Positions 9,202 through 17,475 of a DNA stretch of 64,000 nt are shown piece after piece. A program made the translations under genes and the position numbers. The stretch spans positions 472,397 through 536,396 of the forward strand of contig JACKNG010000003.1 of NCBI GenBank assembly GCA_024235015.1, given 5' to 3'. The stretch comes from Gammaproteobacteria bacterium. Its GTDB lineage: Bacteria; Pseudomonadota; Gammaproteobacteria; Ga0077536. The stretch's first letter is position 1. Every line of letters begins with the position of its first letter. Below the pieces are notes generated by a model that was not told where the DNA came from, searched no databases, and saw only the letters and a program-made list of their open reading frames with translations.

Positions 9202-9966
9202 TCAACGGCCGATGACCTGCCGCAGGGTCATCTCGTAATGAAACGTTTCCGGTGGATGCACCGAACGCGAAACCTCGAGCAGGCCGCCGCGCTCGTCGAA
9301 GAAGCGTCGCTCGACGCACATCACCGCGGTACCGGGTGCGAGCTCGAGATCCTGTGCCTCGGCGGCGGTCGCCGCGCTGACCGCGAAGGCCTGGCGGATC
9401 TGCGCGACGTGCACGCCGTAGCGTTGTTCCATGATGGCGAACAGCGGCAGGGCGCTGTCGGCCAGGGCAGCCACCGCGTCGCCGAAGGCGTCCGGCACGT
9501 AGATGCGTGACGAGGCGATGACCGGGCCACCCGCTTCGCGCCAGCGACAGGTGTGCACGGTCCACCAGGCATAGCCCGCTTCGCAGCCGAGCCAGGTGGC
9601 GAGCGCTTCGTCGGCGACGACGCGCTCGATGCCGATCACCCGTCGCGGGGTCGTCGCGTACTGCAGGAGTTCGTCGACCGAGTTGCAGGCGTAGTTGTAG
9701 CGCGGGTCGACCGCCGTCGCCTGCACCACCGAGCCGTGGCCACGCCGGCTGACGATCAGGCCCTTCTCGTAGAGCGAGCGCAACGCCGCGCGCACGGTGT
9801 GGCGGCTGACGCCGAAGCGCCGGCTCAGCTCGGGCTCGGACGGCAGCAAGTCGCCCGGGCGGTAGCGCCCGGCACGGATCTCGTCGATCAGGGTGCTGGC
9901 GAGGGCTGAGTACTTGGGTGCGGCGGCGGACGGCTTGGCCAGGGGCTCGCGCGGCGTGGTAGGCAT
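9202..9966 (-). CDS. GntR-family transcriptional regulator, HutC subfamily (wHTH + UTRA effector domain)
   Basis: LPSEPELSRRFGVSRHTVRAALRSLYEKGLIVSRRGHGSVV is the GntR HTH; the C-terminal half resembles a UTRA domain. Start placed at ATG 9966 (MPTTPREPLA...). Confidence 0.8.
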   Translation of the reverse strand: MPTTPREPLAKPSAAAPKYSALASTLIDEIRAGRYRPGDLLPSEPELSRRFGVSRHTVRAALRSLYEKGLIVSRRGHGSVVQATAVDPRYNYACNSVDELLQYATTPRRVIGIERVVADEALATWLGCEAGYAWWTVHTCRWREAGGPVIASSRIYVPDAFGDAVAALADSALPLFAIMEQRYGVHVAQIRQAFAVSAATAAEAQDLELAPGTAVMCVERRFFDERGGLLEVSRSVHPPETFHYEMTLRQVIGR

Positions 9967-9986
9967 GCCCGGAGTGTAGGGGCGGT

Positions 9987-10060
9987 TGTACGGACAATTC
10001 AACGGAAACCTCCCCCAAGGGGGACGCTGTGGGCCGCTACCCGCTCACCTTGTCCGGACA
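9987..10060. promoter_or_regulatory. Divergent promoter region with two TGTn-CG-GACA palindromes (TGTACGGACA 9987-9996; perfect TGTCCGGACA 10051-10060); candidate GntR operators
   Basis: Perfect 10-bp palindrome at 10051-10060 and a related site 21 bp upstream of the HutC-type regulator start. Fits the GntR-family operator pattern GT-Nx-AC. Location between divergently transcribed regulator and LLM monooxygenase genes. Confidence 0.35.
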
Positions 10061-10144
10061 GATCGCCGCGTGCAATCATCCCGGGTCGCCGCCGCGCCCG
10101 TGCGCGGCGCCATTCTTTGCAGCACACGAGGGGAGTAGCAGCGC

Positions 10145-11347
10145 ATGGAAATCGGCGTCTTTCACCTGCCGACCATCGGCGGCCAGGCACAGCTCGAACA
10201 GGGCATGGCCGGCCGCCGTACCGATCTCTACCAACACATGCTCGGCCATCTCGCCGAGGAGGCCCGCTACCTCGACGAGCACGGCTACTACGGCGTCGCG
10301 TTCACCGAGCACCACTTCCATATCGAGGGCGAGGAAGTCTCGACCAACCCGGTCATGCTCGACCTCTTCCTCGGCATGCAGACGAAGAACCTGCGCGTCG
10401 GCCAGTGCGGCCTGGTCCTGCCCTGCCACAACCCGCTGCGCATCGCCGAGGACGTCGCCATCCTCGACCAGATGACCCAGGGTCGCGCCTTCGCCGGGTT
10501 CGCTCGCGGCTACCAGCCGCGCTGGGTCAACACCCTCGGCCAGCACTATGCGACGCTCGCCGACAGCGACTCCGACCCGGCCGCCTACGAGCAGCTCAAG
10601 AAGGAGCTCTACGAAGAGCACTGGGAGATCATCGTCAAGGCGTGGACCAACGACACCTTCAGCCACCAGGGCAAGCACTGGACCATCCCGACCAAGGACA
10701 CCTTCTGGCAGGCCCACGCGGTGACCCGGGCCTTCGGCCGTGGGGTCGACGAGCGCGGCTACCTGACCGAGATCGGCACCGTCCCCGCGACCTACCAGAA
10801 ACCGCACCCGCCGCTGTTCCAGCCGTTCAGCTTCTCGGAGAGTTCGATCCGCTGGGGGGTTGCCCACGACGCCGTGCCGATCACCGTCGTCTGCGATCAC
10901 GAACTGCTTCACGGCCAGTTCCGCGCCGGCCAGGAAGCGGCCGCCGCGGCGGGCAAGGATTACGCCTACGGCCAGGGCATGGGCATCATCCGCGAGCTGG
11001 TCGTCGCCGACACCGACGCCGAGGCCATGGCGCTCGCGAAGAACGCCGGCGCCTTCATCTGGACCAACTTCTTCGAACCCTTCGGCTTCAACGCCGCCAT
11101 CGCCCACCCGGGCGAAGACCCGGCCAGCATTCCCAACACCTTCGAATCGATGATCGAACGCGGGCTGACCATCGCCGGCAGCCCCGACACGGTGTGCCGC
11201 GCGCTGGAGAAGCTGTTCAAGGAATTCCCGGCCGAGTTCTTCTGGAACTACGTCTACAACGAGATGCTGCCGCACGCCGCCGCGATGCGCAGCCACGAGC
11301 TGTTGACCGAGAAGGTCTGGCCGCATTTCACCGCCAAGGTGCGGTAA
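10145..11347 (+). CDS. Luciferase-like (LLM-class) flavin-dependent monooxygenase
   Basis: 400 aa with typical LLM TIM-barrel features (FTEHHFH, large insertion region, C-terminal TIAGSPDTV). The paralog at 56262-57110 is a shorter F420/flavin LLM. Confidence 0.85.
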   Translation: MEIGVFHLPTIGGQAQLEQGMAGRRTDLYQHMLGHLAEEARYLDEHGYYGVAFTEHHFHIEGEEVSTNPVMLDLFLGMQTKNLRVGQCGLVLPCHNPLRIAEDVAILDQMTQGRAFAGFARGYQPRWVNTLGQHYATLADSDSDPAAYEQLKKELYEEHWEIIVKAWTNDTFSHQGKHWTIPTKDTFWQAHAVTRAFGRGVDERGYLTEIGTVPATYQKPHPPLFQPFSFSESSIRWGVAHDAVPITVVCDHELLHGQFRAGQEAAAAAGKDYAYGQGMGIIRELVVADTDAEAMALAKNAGAFIWTNFFEPFGFNAAIAHPGEDPASIPNTFESMIERGLTIAGSPDTVCRALEKLFKEFPAEFFWNYVYNEMLPHAAAMRSHELLTEKVWPHFTAKVR

Positions 11348-11398
11348 TCAGACACCAGCGAGGGGGTCGCGTCCGGGGGCACGCAAGCGGGGACTGAT

Positions 11399-11463
11399 GG
11401 TGACAGTATACTTTTCGCTCGCGCCGCCCTCGGCGAAAGCGGGTCGAAAAGTATACTGTCACC
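11399..11463. repeat. Palindromic element, family 2: GGTGACAGTATACTTTTCG - 27 nt - CGAAAAGTATACTGTCACC (perfect 19-bp arms)
   Basis: Perfect 19-bp inverted repeat at 11399-11417 and 11445-11463 with a GC-rich sub-hairpin in the spacer. Between the LLM monooxygenase stop and the phosphotransferase start. Related copies at 58086-58230 and a half-site at 28383-28394. Confidence 0.7.
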
Positions 11464-11710
11464 ATTACCGCTGCAGCACTGCGCACTGGCTCCGGGGCCA
11501 CGCCCTCGAGCGGGCGCCGCGCGTGAACCGCGCTGCACGGAACGCACCGAGGACACAGGGGCCTGGTGGGACCGGGAAGGGCTAGTCGACCATCTCGCCG
11601 GCGCGTCCGGCACACGGTAGCCACGAACCCGCAAACCAGCAGGTCGCTGTGTCCTCCGTGCGCTTCGCGCCACGCTCGACCGCATGGTCACGAACGGGAA
11701 GGGTTCGACG

Positions 11711-12859
11711 ATGGTGGATACCTATGAAATGCTCGAGGCGCGCTGGGAGGAAGAACGGCGCAGCTGCCCGCAACCGATCGAGCGCGACGACCTGCCGGTC
11801 GATTACGAGGCCATCACCCCGGCGTGGCTGACCCGGGTGCTCTGCGCGGAGCATCCCGGCGCGGAAATCACGAAGGTCACCCTCGGCCCTACCGACGAAG
11901 GCACCTCGAGCCGGCGCCGCCTGCACCTCGAGTACAACCCCGCCGGGCGCGCCGCCGGCCTGCCGGCCACGGTGTTCTGCAAGTCCACCCACACCCTGAA
12001 GAGCCGCTTCCAGCTCGCCCTGAACGGTTTCGTCGAGGGCGAGGTGCGCTTCTACAACCACATCCAGCCGGTGCTCGGCATCGAATCGCCGCGACCGCTG
12101 TTCGCCAACTTCGACCCGCACACCTTCAACTCGATCGTCATCCTCGAGGACATGGGCGACGCGGTCACCTTCTGCCGCCACGACGAGCCGATGAGCCGCG
12201 CGCGCGCCGAGAGCCAGGTGCGACTGCTGGCGAAGATGCACGCCAAGTACCACGGCAGCGACGCACTCACGCGTGCGTTTCCCTACCTGCGCACCTGGCT
12301 CGACACCTTCACCGCCACCGCCGAGAACGGTTTCGAGGACGCCGGCGCACGCGGCTTCGGCATGGCCGAGAGCGTGATCCCGCCGCGCCTGTTCGCACGT
12401 GAGGCCGAGGTGTGGCCGGCGACCGTGGCCTCCGCCGCCCGCCACGAGCACCTGCCGCACTCGGTCATCCATTCCGACGTGCATCTCAAGAACTGGTACA
12501 TCGCGGCCAGCGGCGAGATGGGCCTGAACGACTGGCAGTGCGTCTGCCGCGGACACTGGGGTCGCGATCTCGCCTACGCCATCTCGACCGCGCTCGAGCC
12601 GGACGACCGGCGCGCCTGGGAACGCGATCTCATTGCGCTCTACCTCGACGAACTGGCCGGCCACGGGGTGGCGAAGATCCCTTTCGACGAGGCCTTCACC
12701 CATTACCGCCAGCAGCTCTTCGGCGCGCTGCTGTGGTGGACCGGCACGCTGGGCCAGCCGCCCAATGCCCCCGAGATGCAGCCGCGCGACAGTTGCCTGC
12801 AGTTCATCGGTCGCATGGCGGTGGCCATCGACGACCTCGACGCCCTGGATGCCTTCTGA
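11711..12859 (+). CDS. Phosphotransferase-family protein (APH/CHK kinase fold)
   Basis: Catalytic-loop motif HSDVHLKNWY (HxDxxxxN) and D-W motif GLNDWQ. About 48% identical paralog at 58252-59406. The start could also be ATG 11684. Confidence 0.8.
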   Translation: MVDTYEMLEARWEEERRSCPQPIERDDLPVDYEAITPAWLTRVLCAEHPGAEITKVTLGPTDEGTSSRRRLHLEYNPAGRAAGLPATVFCKSTHTLKSRFQLALNGFVEGEVRFYNHIQPVLGIESPRPLFANFDPHTFNSIVILEDMGDAVTFCRHDEPMSRARAESQVRLLAKMHAKYHGSDALTRAFPYLRTWLDTFTATAENGFEDAGARGFGMAESVIPPRLFAREAEVWPATVASAARHEHLPHSVIHSDVHLKNWYIAASGEMGLNDWQCVCRGHWGRDLAYAISTALEPDDRRAWERDLIALYLDELAGHGVAKIPFDEAFTHYRQQLFGALLWWTGTLGQPPNAPEMQPRDSCLQFIGRMAVAIDDLDALDAF

Positions 12860-13004
12860 CGGCACGCGCAGCGCGGGGCGGAAGATCGGTGTCCCCTGTG
12901 CAGAGTCGCTCGTGGCCTGGCCGGCGAAGCCGGGTGAATACCTCTACTGCGACCGAATTCGGATGGCTTAACATCGCCGCTTTCCAAGCCGGCACAGCGC
13001 TTCG

Positions 13005-14312
13005 ATGACCGACACTTCCACGCGCCCCTGGTGGGCGGCATTCGGCCCCGGGCTGGTCTTCGCCGGCGCCGCCGTCGGGGTCTCGCACCTGGTGCAGTCC
13101 ACGCGCGCCGGCGCCAGCTTCGGCCTTGCCGCGCTGGTGGTGGTGGTGCTGGCTTGCGCGGTCAAGTTCCCGGCCTTCCGCTTCGGCCCCCTCTATGCTG
13201 GCGCTACCGGCCATTCCCTGCTCGCCGCCTATCGCCGCCAGGGCCGCTGGACGCTGGTGATCTTCGCCCTGCTGACCCTGTGCACCATGTTCACCGTGAC
13301 CGCCGCCGTGACCCTGGTCACCGCCGGTATCGCCATCCCGGTGCTGGGCCTGGGGCCGTGGCTCGCCGCCACCGTCGGCGCCGCGCATGGCCCCCTCGCG
13401 GTCTCCGCCGTGCTGCTCGCCGGCGCGGCCATACTGCTCGCGCTGGGCGGCTATCCCTGGCTCGATCGCTTCATCAAGTTCGTCATGCCCGTGTTGAGCG
13501 TGGCGACCCTGGCCGCGACCCTGCTCGCCCTGCGTCACATCGAGTGGTCCTGGGCCGCGCTGCTGCCCGATCGCACCCTGTTCACCGCCCCCGGCGTCGC
13601 GTTCACCGTGGCCTTGATCGGCTGGATGCCCTCGGCCATCGACATCTCGGTGTGGAGTTCGCTGTGGACGGTGGCGCGGGCGCGCCAGGGCGACGGCATT
13701 GTGCATACGCGCGGCGCACTGCTCGACTTCGATGCCGGCTACGCCGTCACCCTGCTGCTCGCGCTGGCCTTCGTCGTGCTCGGCACCGCCGTGATGCACG
13801 GCCGCGGCATCGGCTTCGAGAACAGTCCGCCGGCGTTCGCGACCCAGGTCATCGATCTCTACGCGAGCATGCTCGGCGACTGGAGTCGACCGGTGATCGG
13901 CGCCTGCGCGCTACTGGTCATGATCTCGACCGTGGTCACGGTCGTCGACGGCTTCCCGCGCGTCATCGCCGCGCTGCTCGCCCAGTGGCAGGCCGAGTTG
14001 CACGGCGCAGCGGCGGCCGGTGAAGGCGACCGCCGGGTCTACCGCGCCGCCTTCGCCGTCGTCGCCCTCGGTGCGCTGGCCATCCTCGCCTTCGGCATGC
14101 AGAGCTTCAAGGGCCTGGTCGACCTCGCCACCACCATCTCCTTCCTCACCGCGCCGGTACTGGCCTGGTTCAACCATCGTGCCGTGCACGGCGACGACGT
14201 CGCACCGGCCTTGCGCCCGGGCGTCGTGCTGCGCCGCTGGAGCCTGGCCGCCATCGCCGTGCAGGCAGCTTTCGCCGCCTGGTTCGTGTGGACGTTCTTC
14301 GTCGCCGGCTGA
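13005..14312 (+). CDS. Nramp-family-related transporter (divergent; DPGN motif not conserved)
   Basis: 435 aa with about 11 TM segments. Segment AAFGPGLVFAGAAVGVSHLVQSTRAGASFGLAALVVVV resembles the MntH TM1-2 region (GPAFI...DPGN...QAGASFGY), but with VGVSH replacing DPGN. Confidence 0.7.
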   Translation: MTDTSTRPWWAAFGPGLVFAGAAVGVSHLVQSTRAGASFGLAALVVVVLACAVKFPAFRFGPLYAGATGHSLLAAYRRQGRWTLVIFALLTLCTMFTVTAAVTLVTAGIAIPVLGLGPWLAATVGAAHGPLAVSAVLLAGAAILLALGGYPWLDRFIKFVMPVLSVATLAATLLALRHIEWSWAALLPDRTLFTAPGVAFTVALIGWMPSAIDISVWSSLWTVARARQGDGIVHTRGALLDFDAGYAVTLLLALAFVVLGTAVMHGRGIGFENSPPAFATQVIDLYASMLGDWSRPVIGACALLVMISTVVTVVDGFPRVIAALLAQWQAELHGAAAAGEGDRRVYRAAFAVVALGALAILAFGMQSFKGLVDLATTISFLTAPVLAWFNHRAVHGDDVAPALRPGVVLRRWSLAAIAVQAAFAAWFVWTFFVAG

Positions 14313-14345
14313 GCGTTCGCCGCAAGCCCGAACCCGCGCCGTGTT

Positions 14346-15161
14346 TCAGCGCGGTGACTCGCCGTAGACCAGGCCGAAGGTCTCCGCCTTGTAGGCGAGC
14401 AGGGTGAGCAGGGTCTCCGAAGCCGCATCGACCACCTGCGCATCGAGGGCAAGAAACCAGTTCTCCTGCGTGCGATACACCGGCGTGGTGTAGAAGGGAA
14501 ACACCGCGGCGCGGCGGGCATCGGCCGAGGTGTTCGCACCGGTGCGGTGCCACAGGCGGCTTTCGAAGGCGAACAGGCTGCCGGCCGGCGCCTCCACCGC
14601 GACGAGCCGGTCGAGGCCTTCACCTTCGCGCGGATTACGATGCAGGCGGTGGCTGCCCGGCACGACCTCGGTGGCACCGTTCTCGCGCGTGAAATCGTCG
14701 ATGCACCAGGCGATGTTGATGCCCTGGACCCGCTTCGGCCAGGGCAGCGGGACGAACACCTGGTCGGCGTGCAGGACGCCGGCCGCGCTGCCGGGGCCGG
14801 TGATGTTGCCGGAAATGTTGCTGAGCAGGGCCGGCCAACCGATCACCCCGCGCACGAGTTCGAGCGCGAGCGGATGCTCGGCGAGCGCGGCGAACAGCGG
14901 ATCGCGGTTCAGCAGGTTCCACACGCGCACGTTGTGGGCGTCCTGGTCGAGGACGAAACCGCTCGCCCGGCGTCCGCGCGCACGGTCGTCGGCGGCGGCC
15001 GCGTAGAGCGCGTCGCGAACCCGCGCCAGGGTGTTGGCATCGAGCACCTCGGGCATCACGCACAGGCCGTGCTCGCCGAGGTCGACGCGGGCGCGGGCAG
15101 GGTCGCGAGTCGGCGCTGGCAGGCTGGCAGTCACGGCGGCAAGCATACTGGTGTCTGACAC
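14346..15161 (-). CDS. Phytanoyl-CoA dioxygenase (PhyH)-family Fe(II)/2-oxoglutarate oxygenase
   Basis: PhyH-like jelly-roll signatures (VLHADQ...H..., WHRTGANTS). 271 aa. GTG at 15161 or ATG at 15146 as start. Confidence 0.7.
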   Translation of the reverse strand: MSDTSMLAAVTASLPAPTRDPARARVDLGEHGLCVMPEVLDANTLARVRDALYAAAADDRARGRRASGFVLDQDAHNVRVWNLLNRDPLFAALAEHPLALELVRGVIGWPALLSNISGNITGPGSAAGVLHADQVFVPLPWPKRVQGINIAWCIDDFTRENGATEVVPGSHRLHRNPREGEGLDRLVAVEAPAGSLFAFESRLWHRTGANTSADARRAAVFPFYTTPVYRTQENWFLALDAQVVDAASETLLTLLAYKAETFGLVYGESPR

Positions 15162-15207
15162 CGGCGGTTAAGTCGTCGAGCGAAGGGGCGCCGGTGTCTG
15201 ACACCGG
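15148..15207. promoter_or_regulatory. Two direct copies of a 17-bp palindrome (CTGGTGTCTGACACCGG at 15148-15164; perfect CCGGTGTCTGACACCGG at 15191-15207), TGTC-T-GACA core; candidate operator pair
   Basis: Perfect 8-bp arms around a central T, repeated 43 bp apart. Copy 1 overlaps the start codon of the PhyH-like gene; copy 2 is in the divergent intergenic region towards the 2OG oxygenase gene. Same TGTCTGACA core as 17412-17420. Confidence 0.4.
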
Positions 15208-15322
15208 GAGGCAAGCGGTTGCCACGGCGGCCGGCAGCGCGGCGCGGGCAGGCGCAGCGCCGAGTCGCCCGGCGGAGTAAGATACGCCGCCGCCCCGCCC
15301 GGGGCCTTGCCGGGATCGTCCC

Positions 15323-15985
15323 TTGGCCATCGAAAGCGCATCGCTCGCCCCTCTGCCCGCCGCCGCGGAGGCGGCGCTGTTCGAGCGCTTTGCCACCGCC
15401 CTGCGCGATCCCGGTTGGGCGGTCGTCCCGGACGCCCTGCCGCCGGCGCTGGGTGCGGCCCTGCTCGAGCACGTCGTCGCGCTCGACGACGATGAATTCG
15501 TGCGCGCCGGCATCGGGCGCCAGGCCGAGCGCGCCACCAACGACTTCGTGCGCCGCAACGCGATCTGCTGGATCAGCGGCGACTGCCCGCCGACCCGCGC
15601 CTGGGTCGAGTTCGCCGCGCGCCTGCGTGCGCACCTCAACCGCAGCCTGATGCTCGGCCTGTTCTCGTTCGAGAGCCATTTCGCGCACTACCCGGTGGGT
15701 GGCTTCTACAAGCGACACGTCGATGCCTTTCGCGGCGAGACCAACCGCGTGGTGTCGCTGGTCACCTACCTCAATCCCGGCTGGGCGCCGCACGACGGCG
15801 GCGAGCTCGTACTCTACCCAGCGGGCGGACCGGATGCCGGCGTCACCGTCACGCCGGCCTTCGGCACCGTGGTGCTGTTCCTGTCCGAGGAGATCCCGCA
15901 CGAGGTCCTGCCGGCACGACGGCCGCGCCGTTCGATCGCCGGCTGGTACCGGGTACGCGCCTTGGACGGCACCTGCCCGGACTGA
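15323..15985 (+). CDS. 2OG-Fe(II) oxygenase superfamily protein (prolyl-hydroxylase-like)
   Basis: HxD...H facial triad context (FYKRHVDAF ... LFLSEEIPHEV) and WYRVRA C-terminus, typical of the P4H-like 2OG oxygenase fold. 220 aa. Confidence 0.7.
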   Translation: MAIESASLAPLPAAAEAALFERFATALRDPGWAVVPDALPPALGAALLEHVVALDDDEFVRAGIGRQAERATNDFVRRNAICWISGDCPPTRAWVEFAARLRAHLNRSLMLGLFSFESHFAHYPVGGFYKRHVDAFRGETNRVVSLVTYLNPGWAPHDGGELVLYPAGGPDAGVTVTPAFGTVVLFLSEEIPHEVLPARRPRRSIAGWYRVRALDGTCPD

Positions 15986-16240
15986 GGTCGCCCGCGCCGG
16001 GGACACGACGACGCGAGCATCGACCGGCCTGCACCGCCCGCCCTCCCCGCCGCTGCGCCGCGCGGCCGCGACCCGCGCGAACGTCTCGCCGCGGCCTGTC
16101 GCGCAGGCGTCGGCGGGCGGTACCGCGTAGCGGCACGGCATGCGGAAAGCGCGCCGCCCGGGACAAAGGCGCGGCGCGTCCCGGCCGGGCCGGCGCTCGC
16201 CACCGGCCCCGAGCGCTCGCTCCGAGCCCGGCCGCTCGGC

Positions 16241-16531
16241 TCAGGCGTCGAAGTCGAGGGCCAGTTCGGCGCTCTCGGGCACGGCCTGGCAGGCCAGCAC
16301 GTAACCCTGCGCGAGTTCGTCGTCGTCGAGGGCGAGATTGCCGAGGAGATGCACACGCCCGGCGGTGAGGCGCGCGCGACAGGTCGAACAACTGCCCGCC
16401 TCGCAGCTCGATGGCAGGTCGATCCCGGCGCCACGCGCGGCCTCCAGCACGGTGCGGCCGTCGCGCGGCATGGCGAAGCTGTCCTCGGTGCCGAACACGC
16501 GTACCCGCACCGTGCAGCGCTCGACGTCCAT
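16241..16531 (-). CDS. Plant-type [2Fe-2S] ferredoxin
   Basis: 96 aa from ATG at 16531. Cys ligand pattern SCEAGSCSTC ... LACQA (Cx4Cx2C...C). Confidence 0.8.
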   Translation of the reverse strand: MDVERCTVRVRVFGTEDSFAMPRDGRTVLEAARGAGIDLPSSCEAGSCSTCRARLTAGRVHLLGNLALDDDELAQGYVLACQAVPESAELALDFDA

Positions 16532-16705
16532 CGTACTCAGCGGGCAGCCGCCCGAAGCCCGCCCACGCAGGCCCCGGCCCGCGTGCGGCAGGCCTGATCG
16601 CGCGCTGCGAGCGCGGCGCTCACCGAACCGCGGGGTCCGTCGCGATGCGGCCGGGCAGCCGCGTGCGTGCATGGTGCGAGGCGGGCCCGCCGCATGGACA
16701 CCTGC

Positions 16706-17371
16706 TCACACCAACCCGGGAATATCGCCGGCGAGCACGCCGGCGCGGCGCACGTGGGCGCGCATCAGCTTTTCCGCCGACGCCGCCCGCCCGCCCAGGA
16801 TCGCCTCGATGATGGCGACGTGCTCACGCGCCGACCTGGCGCGCTCGGCGCGATCGAGCAGGCGCATGAACTGCAGCCGGTAGGCCGGCAGCTCGAACTG
16901 CGCCAGGGTGGCCCGCAGGCGACTGTTGCCGGCCATGGCGACGATACCGTCGTGCAGGGGCACGTTGTTTTCCATGTGCGTGAGCGCGTCGCCGAGCACG
17001 TCGCTGCCCGACCACACGGCGCGCGCCTCGGCCAGCCACGCCCGCTGACTGCTGCTGTCGAGCCGGCGCGCGGCGAGCCCTGCCGCGCAACCCTCGAGCG
17101 CCTCGCGCAGCTCGAACAGCTCGGCCATGTCGGCGCGCGACAAGCGCCGTACGCGCGCGCCGCGCTGGTGCTCGAGCTCGACCAGCCCCTCCGCGGCCAG
17201 CCTGACGAAGGCCTCGCGCAGGCTGGCCCGGCTGACCTCGACATGCGCCAGCAGCTCCGCTTCGATGAGGCGTTGGCCGGGCGCGAGGAAACCCTCGGTG
17301 ATCAGGCGACGAATGTGTCCCGCGGCGACGTCGGCAGCCTTGCGTCCGGCCTCGCGAGTACCCACGCTCAT
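16706..17371 (-). CDS. GntR-family transcriptional regulator, FadR subfamily (wHTH + FCD domain)
   Basis: HTH LIEAELLAHVEVSRASLREAFVRLAAEGLVE plus an all-helical FCD-type C-terminal domain. Upstream of, and co-directional with, the ferredoxin gene. Confidence 0.85.
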   Translation of the reverse strand: MSVGTREAGRKAADVAAGHIRRLITEGFLAPGQRLIEAELLAHVEVSRASLREAFVRLAAEGLVELEHQRGARVRRLSRADMAELFELREALEGCAAGLAARRLDSSSQRAWLAEARAVWSGSDVLGDALTHMENNVPLHDGIVAMAGNSRLRATLAQFELPAYRLQFMRLLDRAERARSAREHVAIIEAILGGRAASAEKLMRAHVRRAGVLAGDIPGLV

Positions 17372-17408
17372 CCCATCGCCTCCTTCGGCCCGATTGACAT
17401 TCGGAGAT

Positions 17409-17421
17409 TAATGTCTGACAT
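17409..17421. promoter_or_regulatory. 13-bp palindrome AATGTCTGACATT between the divergent GntR(FadR) and Rieske oxygenase genes; candidate operator
   Basis: Perfect 6-bp arms AATGTC/GACATT around T. 40 bp upstream of the regulator start and 55 bp upstream of the Rieske start. Same TGTCTGACA core as 15152-15160 and 15195-15203. Confidence 0.4.
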
Positions 17422-17475
17422 TCTCGTCAGTCTAACGATTTTCGGCATGCCCGCAAGCGGCCTGGGGAGGACGTC

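Noticed and set aside
7679-10018. 779-aa minus-strand ORF
   Set aside because: It contains two genes joined by an in-frame low-complexity linker: the BVMO (7679-9157) and the GntR/HutC regulator (9202-9966). The linker has Arg/Pro/Gly-biased composition typical of high-GC read-through.
11399-11463. LexA (SOS) box resemblance of the GTATACTGTC motif
   Set aside because: Only a single CTGT half-site is present per arm, and the arms are 27 nt apart, incompatible with CTGT-N8-ACAG geometry. It is more consistent with a REP-like hairpin or another regulator's site.
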